A stretch of DNA of 34,792 nucleotides from Pedosphaera sp. (GCA_009695405.1 SIAZ01000001.1:1-34792); one strand, 5' to 3'; shown: positions 16,365 to 27,303, counted from the first letter of the stretch. The notes: generated by a model not told the origin, from the letters alone. Numbers and translations are program-made.

Positions 16365-17572
16365 CTCCTTTCCCCTCTACGATCCTTCGTCAGAAGAGCG
16401 GCATCGACTGGAATCTCTGGTGCGCAACCGGCGGCTTAATGCTCGTGGGTGCCGCCTTCATTTTTAGTGCGACCGGATATCAGGAAACTGCGCGCGGCAT
16501 TCCATGGTACAATTGGACGGCCTTCCGTCAGGCGGTCGCTTATGCTATCGGTCTCGGCCTCGTCGTTGGATTAAACTTAATCGATTATAGCCGACTGGCC
16601 CGATGGAGCCTTCTCGCCTATTGGATCTCCATCGGACTGCTGATTTGTGTCTCTCTCTTTGGCACCTCTCGCCACGGTGCACGACGTTGGCTGGATCTTG
16701 GTCCCATCCAGTTTCAACCGAGTGAACTAGCTAAATTAACTTTCCTTTTTGCTCTGAGCGGCTTTCTTTGCCGACCCACCTCAGAACTCCGGTCACCAAC
16801 GATTTTTCTCAAAGGACTTGGGCTCGCTTTTTTGCCATTCGCTCTCATTCTAAAACAACCCGATCTCGGATCAGCCTTAGTCTTCCTCCCTGCCACCCTA
16901 GTGATGATGCTGCTGGCCGGTGTTCCGCGAAACTTTATCGTCAAACTAATCGGAGGGGCTCTCGTTCTGCTTTCTCTTATTTTAGTAGATGTCCTACTTG
17001 CTCCACCGAATTGGCGACTCATTCAACTTCAAGAATATCAACGCCATAGGCTCTTAGTTTATTTTGATTCTGAATTTGCTCCGTCAAATGCCAACGCCGA
17101 AGAACGTCTCCGTGCCGCTCAGCTTAAACGTAAAACGTCTTGGAATGTGGAACAGGCAATGATCTCAGTCGGCTCAGGCGGACTCACTGGCAAAGGCTGG
17201 CACCAAGGTACCCAACATCGACTCGGTTATCTTCCTCGTCTCGGTGCTCATAATGACTTTATCTTCTCAGTCATCGCTGAGGAAAAAGGTTTCCTCGGTA
17301 GTCTCACTGTCCTTGGGCTTTATTCTGTCATTCTTTTTATCGGCATCCGCATTGCTAACGACGCTCGTGATCGACTCGGCTGCCTCCTCGCCTCTGGCGT
17401 GGTTACACTCCTTTTCACCCATGTTTTTGTAAACATAGGTATGAATATAAGACTGATGCCTGTGACCGGCATTCCATTGCCCCTGCTCAGCGCAGGCGGA
17501 ACTTCGGTGATTTGCTCCCTGGTCGCTTTAGGCATTCTTCAAAACGTTCACTTGTACCGGCGACGGTACTAA
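16361..17572 (+). CDS. rodA: SEDS-family peptidoglycan glycosyltransferase RodA
   Basis: About 10 TM segments. Motifs are QPSELAKL, QPDLGSALVF, GGLTGKGW, HNDFIFSVIAEEKGFLGS and TGIPLPLLSAGGTS. Confidence 0.93.
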   Translation: MTPFPSTILRQKSGIDWNLWCATGGLMLVGAAFIFSATGYQETARGIPWYNWTAFRQAVAYAIGLGLVVGLNLIDYSRLARWSLLAYWISIGLLICVSLFGTSRHGARRWLDLGPIQFQPSELAKLTFLFALSGFLCRPTSELRSPTIFLKGLGLAFLPFALILKQPDLGSALVFLPATLVMMLLAGVPRNFIVKLIGGALVLLSLILVDVLLAPPNWRLIQLQEYQRHRLLVYFDSEFAPSNANAEERLRAAQLKRKTSWNVEQAMISVGSGGLTGKGWHQGTQHRLGYLPRLGAHNDFIFSVIAEEKGFLGSLTVLGLYSVILFIGIRIANDARDRLGCLLASGVVTLLFTHVFVNIGMNIRLMPVTGIPLPLLSAGGTSVICSLVALGILQNVHLYRRRY

Positions 17573-17597
17573 TCCACCCAGTTATTTAGTTACTATA

Positions 17598-19604
17598 ATG
17601 AGTCAGCAAACTTTTAGAAGTGGAAGGGGCGCTATGCGCTTCAAACCCGCTCGGGGAATGGGTTCTCCCAATCCGAACCGCTCTGCTAATGCCGCACGCC
17701 TTGACGCCATCGGTGATAAACCTATCGAGGAAAGGGTCTTCGACATCCGTCGGCATGAATCGGAAATTCAACGAGCCGAGAACCGCGCCGCTGGTCTTCC
17801 AGAAGACACTCAGGATTCTCCCGAACGAAACGTCTCCGCTGCTGGTCGCGATCAAAGTTTCAGATCCCCAGACTTTTCGCGCTCCGCTGATGCTTCTCAT
17901 GACGCCGAAATACCGAATCCAACGGCCGCTTCCGATAAACCAAAACCTGCTGCGCCCAAGGGATTCATCGAAAAGGCCCGCGCTGCTGTCAAAGAGGTGG
18001 TCAGAAAGGTCCGCCGACTCATTGATCCTGAACCAAAAATGGTCAAAGAGATTATCATCAATTCTGAACCGCTCGAAACTCGAGTCGCTGTTCTTGAAGA
18101 TAGCAAACTAGAGGATCTCACGGTCGAACGAACCGGTGATGACCGTCTCGTCGGTTCTATTTACAAGGGTAAGGTCAAGAACCTCGAGGATAGTCTCAAA
18201 GCGGCCTTTGTTGGCATTGGTTTTGAAAAGAACGCCTTCCTCCATTATTGGGATATTATTCCTAACATCTTCGATTCAAGTGTCGAAGTGGTCGAGCGCG
18301 ATGACGAAGCCTCTCGCAATCGACGCAGGGAGAAACCGAAGATCACCCAGAAAGATGTCCCACGTCTTTTCCCACCTGGTAGTGAAATTATTATTCAGGT
18401 TACCAAAGGCGCTATCGGTACTAAGGGACCTCGGGTTACCACCAACCTTTCGCTGCCTGGCCGCTATCTCGTTCTTCTTCCTAACTCCGATCAATCTGGT
18501 GTCAGTCGCAAAATTGAAAATAGTGAGGAACGTCAACGGCTCAAAAAAATCGTCCGTGAACTCACTATTCCCGAGGGTATGGGCGTCATTGTTCGAACGG
18601 CGGGTGAAGACAAACGAAAGGCTTATTTCGTTCGCGATGTGGCAATGCTAATCGCAGAATGGAATCTGATTCAGGAACGGATCAAGTCGCAGCCTATGGC
18701 TTCATGTGTCTATCAGGAACCGGATCTAATCGAACGTACAATCCGGGATTTCCTAACCGAAGATGTCGACAAAATCGTCATCGATAATGCCCAAAAGTTT
18801 GAGGAAATCCGAGAAAGCATCAAACAGATTAGCCCGCGTTCAGCTCGAAAAGTCCATTTCTATAATGAGGCCGAACCGCTCTTCGATCGCTATAATATTA
18901 GCCGACAACTCGAGGCCTCCTTCAGTCGACAAGTCAATCTTCGTAGCGGAGGCTATCTCATTATCGACGAAACCGAAGCTCTGGTTGCCATCGATGTCAA
19001 TACGGGCAAACACAAACAGGCCGGCACCAAAGATCACGATGCAACTCTTCTAAAAGTGAATCAAGATGCAGCCGATGAAATCTGCCGCCAACTGCGTCTC
19101 CGTAATATGGGCGGGATTATCGTCCTCGATTTCATCGATATGAAATCACGCAAAGATCAACGAACTATCTTTCAGCGTATGAAGGAAAACCTAAAACGGG
19201 ATAAAGCCAAGACCCACGTCTTACCTCTCTCCCAGTTGGGGCTTATGGAAATGACCCGCCAACGCCAGACCGAAAGCGTCCGTTCTTCTCTCTACGATGA
19301 TTGCAATCATTGCAAGGGTCGAGGTGTGGTTAAGAGTGCCGAAACGATGAGCGTGGAAATCCAACGGAAACTTACCCAAATCCTTAAGGGGCGACCACGC
19401 GACGAAAGTGATTTTCAAATAAAAATCGTCTGCAATCCTCAGGTGCTGGATAGACTGCGTAATCGTGACGAGAAACTTCTGATCGAACTCGAAAAGAAAT
19501 TTTTTGCGAAACTCGCTTTCCGACCCGATCCGACTTTCCACAACGAAGAATGGAGTATCTACAATGGATTTAATAATGACGAATTAGCGCGTTCTAAGGC
19601 CTAA
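17598..19604 (+). CDS. rng: RNase E/G family endoribonuclease, most likely RNase G; the first 147 codons are an uncertain extension
   Basis: From residue 148 it reads MVKEIIINSEPLETRVAVLEDSKLEDL, followed by the S1 domain GSIYKGKVKNLEDSLKAAFVGIG, the DNase I-like IDVNTGK and the Zn-link CNHCKGRGVV. Residues 1-147 are low-complexity (R/A/S/P/D/E) and other frames are also open there. The alternative start at ATG 18039 gives 521 aa. Confidence 0.88.
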   Translation: MSQQTFRSGRGAMRFKPARGMGSPNPNRSANAARLDAIGDKPIEERVFDIRRHESEIQRAENRAAGLPEDTQDSPERNVSAAGRDQSFRSPDFSRSADASHDAEIPNPTAASDKPKPAAPKGFIEKARAAVKEVVRKVRRLIDPEPKMVKEIIINSEPLETRVAVLEDSKLEDLTVERTGDDRLVGSIYKGKVKNLEDSLKAAFVGIGFEKNAFLHYWDIIPNIFDSSVEVVERDDEASRNRRREKPKITQKDVPRLFPPGSEIIIQVTKGAIGTKGPRVTTNLSLPGRYLVLLPNSDQSGVSRKIENSEERQRLKKIVRELTIPEGMGVIVRTAGEDKRKAYFVRDVAMLIAEWNLIQERIKSQPMASCVYQEPDLIERTIRDFLTEDVDKIVIDNAQKFEEIRESIKQISPRSARKVHFYNEAEPLFDRYNISRQLEASFSRQVNLRSGGYLIIDETEALVAIDVNTGKHKQAGTKDHDATLLKVNQDAADEICRQLRLRNMGGIIVLDFIDMKSRKDQRTIFQRMKENLKRDKAKTHVLPLSQLGLMEMTRQRQTESVRSSLYDDCNHCKGRGVVKSAETMSVEIQRKLTQILKGRPRDESDFQIKIVCNPQVLDRLRNRDEKLLIELEKKFFAKLAFRPDPTFHNEEWSIYNGFNNDELARSKA

Positions 19605-19637
19605 TCCTAATCCACTTCAGCCTCTAAATCTCCAACG

Positions 19638-19669
19638 GAGCGGCCACTCTTGGGCCGCTCTCGCTTTTT
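19638..19669 (+). terminator. Rho-independent terminator candidate between convergent rng and the DUF1549/DUF1553 gene
   Basis: GAGCGGCC (19638-19645), actcttg, GGCCGCTC (19653-19660), followed by tcgcTTTTT. Confidence 0.6.
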
Positions 19670-19675
19670 AATGGC

Positions 19676-21958
19676 TCAGTCGAGGTGAATAAATTCGTTA
19701 AGGTTGACCAGAACCCGACATAATTCCTCTAGACTCAGACGTCTCAATAATTCGACACAGGCTACCTGCTCCTCAAGTTTCGGTCCGCGCTGTAAGGCTA
19801 GTCCAAATGCCTTCTCCACTTGGCGCACCGGTTTCTCGCCAGCCTCCTGCCTCACTCGGTCGGCCATCGACCGAAACACCTCAGATGCCATCTGCGAGTT
19901 AAGAAGCATTAAAGCCTGCGGTGCCACGGTCGACTGAATACGGCGTCCGCACGAGATCGAATTATCGGGCAGGTCAAAAGTCTCTAAAAACGGAACTCGA
20001 ACGGTCCGTTTCTGGACCAGAAAAACACTCCGAACCGTCTGCTCCTCTCGGTTCGATGGATACCACCCCTTGGTTCGAGTCGCGTTGTCATCCAGAAATG
20101 CCGGATTGGCTTGCAGAATCTCCGCCGGTAAATCAGGCCAAACCGGTCGACCGCCGGTCATCCATCTCAACTTCCCAGTCAATGCCATCAGCCCATCTCT
20201 TAATTGTTCCGCCGATAAACGTCGCGGTGATTGCCTCCATAACAGTCGATTCGATGGATCCGCTTTCAATGCGACATCCTTCCCTCTCCCAGACGCTCGG
20301 GAACTTTGCCGGTAGGTAGCACTGGTCACGATGAGACGATGTAACTGCTTTACCGACCACCCGCCTCGCACGAATTCGCCGGCTAACCAATCCAATAATT
20401 CCGGATGCGAAGGTCGCGCTCCTGCCAACCCAAAATCGTTTGCAGTCGCAACTAGTCCACTTCCAAAATGTTGCTGCCAAACTCGATTTACCCAGACCCG
20501 AACGGTTAAGGGATTTGTCGGTGCAACAATCCATTCTGCTAGTGATAACCTCCTTCCTGTGGTCAGCGGATTAGTTCCACGCCGTACCACTGCTGGATTC
20601 GGATCTAGTAGTGAAAGAAAGCCAGCTTTGACCTCCGCTCGAGGTTGACGATGGTCTCCTTGGAAAAGAACGCGGGTCGCCGGCACTTCCCCCTTGCGAT
20701 CGGTCATCAAAAAGCCTTTTTCAAAGGCCGTCCGTTGCTGATGTCCCGTTTTCACCTGATCCCGCAATTGTGTCACCCGTTTTCGATCTCCTAAGGCTAA
20801 CGCCCCTAAAACCGAAGCATCCTCTGGCTTGATTTTCTTCTCTAACTCCTTCGCCCGCTTCTCAGGTAACGCGGCAGGGTCAAGACGCCTCCGCTCCCAA
20901 TCCTGCAAATCATCACCGGATAACTCCGCAATTTTCTGCGCGCGCAATCGCTCAATCACCGGGGAAAGTAATCGGGTCTGCTCCAATTCTAGTATCCCTA
21001 CCTGCCTCTCTATTTCTGCATTCAATTGCCGTATTCGTTCTTGGTCCACGGCCAAGTCCAAGGGAAGTTCATCAGCAAATTCAACAGCCTCAAAAAAAGC
21101 GCGGATCCGAAAATGATCTACTTGGGACAAAGGATCAAATTTATGATCGTGACAACGACAACAAGCGAGGGTCAGCCCTAGAAAGGCTGTTCCCGTCGTC
21201 TCGACCAAGTCCGTCATCAACTCGCTCCGACTTCGATCCTGCTCCTTAAAAAGGGAAGCTGCATTGTCATGGGGCCCCATTCTAAGGTAGCCAGTGCCCA
21301 AAAGAGCCTCTCGCTCAGCCTCGTTTACGGGTGCACCTGCGACTAATTCATCTCCAGCTAAATGCTCCCGAATGAGACGATCAAAGGGTTTATCGGCATT
21401 AAACGAACGCACCACATAATCTCGGAATCGCCACGCTTCAGGCCGAAATTCATCCCAGTCAAACCCATTGCTGTCACTGTAGCGAATCACATCCAACCAC
21501 AAACGCGCCTGATGCTCTCCGTACCGTGGCGAAGCTAACAATCGATCCACTAACCGCTCCCAAGCACCCAAATCTGTATCCCGAATAAAGGCTGCCACTT
21601 GCTCCATTTCCGGCGGCAATCCAGTGAGATCATAGGTCAATCGCCGAATCAATGTCCTGCGGTCCGCACTCTCTGCCCCAACAATTCCCTCCTCGCCTAA
21701 TCGAGCTTGAATGAATCGGTCAATCGGATTGAATTCCTCAGGATTTGCCCCCTTTGAACTCAAGATAGGAGGTAACTCCGACCGTACTGGGCGAAGAGAC
21801 CAAAGATCTAATCGTTGACCACCAAAAATACGATAGATCGGATTATTGGTATCCACCGGCACATCGCTCCTAACCTCTCCTCTGGCGACCGACGCTGGCC
21901 CTAACTCTCCCCAAGAAAGGAAGAACACAAACAGTATTCGAGAAATAACCAAGGCCAT
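19676..21958 (-). CDS. DUF1549 (PSCyt2) / DUF1553 (PSD1) domain protein, secreted
   Basis: Signal peptide MALVISRILFVFFLSWG. It has NPIDRFIQARL and CCRCHDHKFDP, hallmarks of the PSCyt2 domain, and a long C-terminal PSD1-like region ending LNEFIHLD. The family is characteristic of Planctomycetota/Verrucomicrobiota. Confidence 0.85.
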   Translation of the reverse strand: MALVISRILFVFFLSWGELGPASVARGEVRSDVPVDTNNPIYRIFGGQRLDLWSLRPVRSELPPILSSKGANPEEFNPIDRFIQARLGEEGIVGAESADRRTLIRRLTYDLTGLPPEMEQVAAFIRDTDLGAWERLVDRLLASPRYGEHQARLWLDVIRYSDSNGFDWDEFRPEAWRFRDYVVRSFNADKPFDRLIREHLAGDELVAGAPVNEAEREALLGTGYLRMGPHDNAASLFKEQDRSRSELMTDLVETTGTAFLGLTLACCRCHDHKFDPLSQVDHFRIRAFFEAVEFADELPLDLAVDQERIRQLNAEIERQVGILELEQTRLLSPVIERLRAQKIAELSGDDLQDWERRRLDPAALPEKRAKELEKKIKPEDASVLGALALGDRKRVTQLRDQVKTGHQQRTAFEKGFLMTDRKGEVPATRVLFQGDHRQPRAEVKAGFLSLLDPNPAVVRRGTNPLTTGRRLSLAEWIVAPTNPLTVRVWVNRVWQQHFGSGLVATANDFGLAGARPSHPELLDWLAGEFVRGGWSVKQLHRLIVTSATYRQSSRASGRGKDVALKADPSNRLLWRQSPRRLSAEQLRDGLMALTGKLRWMTGGRPVWPDLPAEILQANPAFLDDNATRTKGWYPSNREEQTVRSVFLVQKRTVRVPFLETFDLPDNSISCGRRIQSTVAPQALMLLNSQMASEVFRSMADRVRQEAGEKPVRQVEKAFGLALQRGPKLEEQVACVELLRRLSLEELCRVLVNLNEFIHLD

Positions 21959-22135
21959 CTAAGAACGAAGCCTACGGTGCAGGAACGAGGAATCAACGGG
22001 GATTATAGCCGAAAATCGCTTAGCAAAACCTCCTTATGCCTTTTCTTATCCTCTCTCTCTTTTACTAAATCTGAGGCGCTGTCTTGACGCTCTGAGTGCC
22101 CTAGGGTTCCCTCACCGCTTCTGTTCGAATCTTGA

Positions 22136-23434
<1,299 letters not shown>

Positions 23435-23484
23435 AGGCACTCTTAAGGCTTGAGGAATATCGCCTAATTTTTCAAATTTTCTCG

Positions 23485-23514
23485 CCCGGAAGCACGTTGC
23501 TTCCGGGTTTTTTA
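23485..23514 (+). terminator. Rho-independent terminator downstream of eno
   Basis: CCCGGAAGC (23485-23493), acgtt, GCTTCCGGG (23499-23507), followed by a T7 run (23508-23514). Confidence 0.8.
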
Positions 23515-23566
23515 TTCGCCGTTAGCAATCGTATTTCCAAGACTGCACTCAACCCTTTAGAACTGG

Positions 23567-24541
23567 TCAAGGCACCAATTCAGCAAGGGTCATCCGTGTA
23601 ATCAAGGCTTCGAAGTCAACGGTTGGGGCCCACCCCAACACCTTCTTTGCACGTGTCGCATCACCTACTAATTTTAACGGTTCAGCGGGACGCATAAATC
23701 GCTCATCGCGCCGCAGATACTGGCGCCAATCAAGGTCCACTGCTCGGAAAGCTGTTTCCACAACATCTTGAACCGAATGGAGAACGCCGGTGGCAAAAAT
23801 ATAATCTTGGGCACTGGGTTGCTGAAGGCTCATCCACATCCCACGCACATAATCCTCGGCATCTCCCCAGTCGCGGCGTGCCGTTGTGTCGCCCAACAGC
23901 AGTTCCTTTTGACGCCCCTGCCGTATGGCCGCAGCAGCACTACAAATTTTGCGAGTAACAAAGTTTTCACCACGTCTCGGCGACTCGTGATTATAGAGAA
24001 TTCCATTCGCAAGAAAGAGCAGATGAGTCTCCCGATAAATCCGCACCATTTGAGCCGCAAAGGCCTTCGATGCTCCATAGGGACTTACTGGATTAAACGG
24101 CGTTGATTCATTCTGAGGATCGATGGTCGGCCGACCAAAAATTTCACTCGATGCCGCATGGAAAAGGCGCGGCGGTGCGGGTAGATCTCGGATCATTTCC
24201 AATAACCGCAGGGTTCCCATGGCGGTCATTTCACAGGTCGACTCCGGAATCTCGAAACTGAGACCCACATGACTCTGGCCCGCTAAATGATAAACTTCGT
24301 CGGGACACACTCGCAACAGGGTTCGGCGAAGCGTGGTGGGATCGTCGAGGTCCGCGTAATGAAGAAATAGCATCTGACCATAAATCGCAGGATCCGTATA
24401 GAGATGATGCAAGCGCGACCGTTCCAGGGTACTAGTCCGCCGAACCACACCATGCACTTCATATCCCTTGGCGAGAAGCAACTCAGTCAGGTAGGAACCA
24501 TCTTGTCCTGTGATACCGGTTATTAACGCCTTTTTACTCAT
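23567..24541 (-). CDS. gmd: GDP-mannose 4,6-dehydratase (short-chain dehydrogenase/reductase)
   Basis: KKALITGITGQDGSYLTELLLAKGYEVHGVVRRTS, SPYGASKAFA (YxxxK) and NHESPRRGENFVTRKI. Confidence 0.92.
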   Translation of the reverse strand: MSKKALITGITGQDGSYLTELLLAKGYEVHGVVRRTSTLERSRLHHLYTDPAIYGQMLFLHYADLDDPTTLRRTLLRVCPDEVYHLAGQSHVGLSFEIPESTCEMTAMGTLRLLEMIRDLPAPPRLFHAASSEIFGRPTIDPQNESTPFNPVSPYGASKAFAAQMVRIYRETHLLFLANGILYNHESPRRGENFVTRKICSAAAAIRQGRQKELLLGDTTARRDWGDAEDYVRGMWMSLQQPSAQDYIFATGVLHSVQDVVETAFRAVDLDWRQYLRRDERFMRPAEPLKLVGDATRAKKVLGWAPTVDFEALITRMTLAELVP

Positions 24542-24692
24542 CGCGAGTTGAGTCTTTAAGAGTCCGATCTACTGAAGCAAGTCAGGAGAAAAGAAGATTC
24601 TCGCCTCTAAGTATGGAGGGGTGCCTTTCCAAGACCTTTCTCGACGAGGCTAACTCACCGTTGAGTTTTCAGTCCTGCACCCCAATCCAGAA

Positions 24693-25772
24693 TCACACCG
24701 CCGCCTTGGATAAGAGAGTGACCTCAGAGTCTCTGGACATAGATGAGGCGGGATGGCGTCGTTCAATTTCGCGAATCGCCCAAGCCGCATGCTCAGCGAT
24801 GAGCGGTTCAACATCCTCGCTTGCCCGTTTTAAAGCCGGGAGCACTGTGCGATCACCTTTGTTGCCCAATGCGACGCAGACGTTCCGCAAGAATCCCCTG
24901 CGTTTAGTTCTCAAGATCGGTGTACCCGCAAAGCGCTGTTTAAAGCCAACCGTATCCAAGTCTAACAAAGAGACTAAATCCGGTTGTGCCATTCCGAGTC
25001 GATGATGCTCTAGAAGCAATGAGGCTTCCTTGGCAAATCGATTCCAAGGACACACCTCCAAACAGGCATCGCATCCGTACACCCGATCCCCAATCAAGGA
25101 TCGTAATTCCTCTGGAATTGAACCTTTATACTCAATTGTCAGGTAAGAAATGCAACGTCGTGCATCCAAGGTGAAGGGCGCCGGTAATGCGCCGGTCGGA
25201 CAGGCCTCCAGACAACGCACACACGACCCACAATGGTTCTTTTCCGGTTCGTCCGCTTCCAATTCAAGTGAAGTAAGAATTTCAGCAATAAAAAACCAAT
25301 TCCCTAATTGCCTCGATATCAGGTTAGTGTGTTTCCCAACAAATCCGAGTCCAGCGCGCTGCGCCAAATCTCGCTCGAGTATCGGTCCTGTATCAACGTA
25401 CCAAAGGGATCGCGTTCCTTCCCCTCCCTTGCCGTCAATGAATCCTGCCAATAATTTCAAGGGTTCAGCCAATACAGTGTGGTAATCGCTAAACCGCGCA
25501 TATCTCGCCACGACACCTCGAACCTTTCCCGATTCTATCGGTTCCTCCGTATGGTAACTCACCGCTAAAGTAACCACGCTGCGGATTCCCTCTAAGACGC
25601 GCTGAGGATCCACTCTCTTTTCAGCATTCCGAGCCAACCACGCCATTTCACCGTGACGCCCCTCACTCAGAGCTTCGAGAAAGCGCTCCGACGACGTCGG
25701 GGCTTGCGATGTGGCGACACGGCAGGCATCAAAGCCTAACTCACGCGCCTTTTGCTGTATTAGTGATTTCAT
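24693..25772 (-). CDS. queG: Epoxyqueuosine reductase (tRNA queuosine biosynthesis)
   Basis: MKSLIQQKARELGFDACRV N-terminus. Two ferredoxin-type clusters, CGSCVRCLEACPTGA and CDACLEVCPWN. HEAT-like C-terminus (HAAWAI). I preferred the ATG at 25772 to the GTG at 25787. Confidence 0.9.
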   Translation of the reverse strand: MKSLIQQKARELGFDACRVATSQAPTSSERFLEALSEGRHGEMAWLARNAEKRVDPQRVLEGIRSVVTLAVSYHTEEPIESGKVRGVVARYARFSDYHTVLAEPLKLLAGFIDGKGGEGTRSLWYVDTGPILERDLAQRAGLGFVGKHTNLISRQLGNWFFIAEILTSLELEADEPEKNHCGSCVRCLEACPTGALPAPFTLDARRCISYLTIEYKGSIPEELRSLIGDRVYGCDACLEVCPWNRFAKEASLLLEHHRLGMAQPDLVSLLDLDTVGFKQRFAGTPILRTKRRGFLRNVCVALGNKGDRTVLPALKRASEDVEPLIAEHAAWAIREIERRHPASSMSRDSEVTLLSKAAV

Positions 25773-27303
25773 TAAAAACAGACCCACACCACTGCTCCTC
25801 AGGTAGATTCGCTGACTTCAACACCAACGTGGCAATCAGTCCACCTGACTCCCCGTTTCGTAGCTCAAGACGTCCCCGGCAGGCTTCCACACAGGTCTTG
25901 ACGATGGCCAATCCTAACCCAGTTCCACCGGTTTCTCTCGACCGTGCGAGATCGGGTCGAAAAAAAGGTTCACCCAGACGTGCCAATGCCTCCGGTGGAA
26001 CCCCAGGGCCACTGTCGATGACTGACACCCTGACGTCTTGCTCTGAGGATGTAGCTGAAATCAAGATCGGTCCGCAGCCGCCCGCATGACCAAGGGCATT
26101 CCGCAAAAGATTACACAAAGCACGCGACAATAACTCGGGTTCTCCTAAAACGCCCAAACCAGCCAACATCTCGCAACGCACTTGAGGGGATTCAGCACCC
26201 TCTCGTTGGATAACACGTTCAACCAAAGTCTCCAACAAAACCCACTGCAAGGGTAAATCCTTCGCCTTTAAACCTGCTTTGGTAAATTGGAGCAACTCGT
26301 TTACTAAACCCGACATATGACGAACCTCTTCGCGGACATCCTCCACGTACTCGGTCTGTCCAACACCACAGCGCTGATCTAATATTCCAAGGGCTATTTC
26401 CATCCGAGCTAATGGAGAACAAAGTTCATGAGCAATATCGCCCAAAAAACGCTTCTGGCCTCCAACAAATCCATCCAACCGAACCGTCATCCGATTGATG
26501 GCTACTCCTAATCGCCCTAATTCGTCGTCGCGATCATCGATTACTCGCGAATCAAAGTCGCCTTCAGCAATTCGTTCGGTGACTCGGGTCATCTGCGAAA
26601 TAAAGCCACTGATACTTCGAACAAAGGGAATCCACCATAGAACTGAGAGAAGCAATACACCGGTTGCCCACCAGATCCATGGCCAAAAATCGAAGAAGAA
26701 GCCTCCGCCCGAAATTCGGTCAGAAACCAAAATCAAATGCAATGGAGGCAAGCCCCTAGGGCTCTCCAATACTCCCCCAACAACAAACCAGTAGCGGACT
26801 GGGGTCCCAGCTCGAACAAAGGCTCGTGAACCAACGATGGGAAGCCGTGGCGGCCGATCGGGGGGGTGATCAAATCCACCGCGAGGGGCCCCCTCCCTAG
26901 GGCCTCTCGGCGGACGATCCTCTCTCAGCCTCTCTTCGGGGCCCTCTGGAGGCTCGGGAGAGGGCCTTCTCGGATTATTTGACACTTTCTTTAGCACTTC
27001 CTCCGGCACACTTACCTTCAAATCATTCGCTAAAAGTCCATCATTACGGACTAAAATTGCTTCAACGCCATACACTTCAGAAAACCGTACCAGCGACTCC
27101 AATCTATCCACGTGCGATCGAGTCCGCAGCTCAGCCATGAGCAAATCAGCAGCACGCTGAGGGCGATCACCAACCAACCCTAAGAGCAACGAGTCTAAAT
27201 GAAACTCCGCCATAAACAGAAGTCCGATTGCTACGACTAAAAGAAGAAGATTCAGGGCCAACCAACCCAATATTTTACCCAATAAGGGCAATCGTAGTGT
27301 CAC
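25741..27303 (-). CDS. Sensor histidine kinase, CpxA/BaeS-like (two TM, HAMP, HisKA, HATPase_c)
   Basis: There are two TM segments, one N-terminal (LALNLLLLVVAIGLLFMAEF) and one after the periplasmic region. HAMP is at ITERIAEGDFDSRV, the H-box at FLGDIAHELCSPLARM and the N/G boxes at LRNALGH / GTGLGLAIV. The periplasmic loop carries a P/R/G/E-rich stretch, RRPSPEPPEGPEERLREDRPPRGPREGAPRGGFDHPPDRPPRLP. GTG start overlaps the regulator stop (GTGA). Confidence 0.88.
   Translation of the reverse strand: MTLRLPLLGKILGWLALNLLLLVVAIGLLFMAEFHLDSLLLGLVGDRPQRAADLLMAELRTRSHVDRLESLVRFSEVYGVEAILVRNDGLLANDLKVSVPEEVLKKVSNNPRRPSPEPPEGPEERLREDRPPRGPREGAPRGGFDHPPDRPPRLPIVGSRAFVRAGTPVRYWFVVGGVLESPRGLPPLHLILVSDRISGGGFFFDFWPWIWWATGVLLLSVLWWIPFVRSISGFISQMTRVTERIAEGDFDSRVIDDRDDELGRLGVAINRMTVRLDGFVGGQKRFLGDIAHELCSPLARMEIALGILDQRCGVGQTEYVEDVREEVRHMSGLVNELLQFTKAGLKAKDLPLQWVLLETLVERVIQREGAESPQVRCEMLAGLGVLGEPELLSRALCNLLRNALGHAGGCGPILISATSSEQDVRVSVIDSGPGVPPEALARLGEPFFRPDLARSRETGGTGLGLAIVKTCVEACRGRLELRNGESGGLIATLVLKSANLPEEQWCGSVFNEITNTAKGA

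Noticed and set aside
20066-20085. tRNA-like T-arm string (GGTTCGAGTC) and a general search for tRNA/rRNA genes
   Set aside because: The string lies inside the well-supported DUF1549/DUF1553 coding frame, with no acceptor or anticodon arms around it. I recognised no tRNA, rRNA or tmRNA-like segment in any intergenic region.
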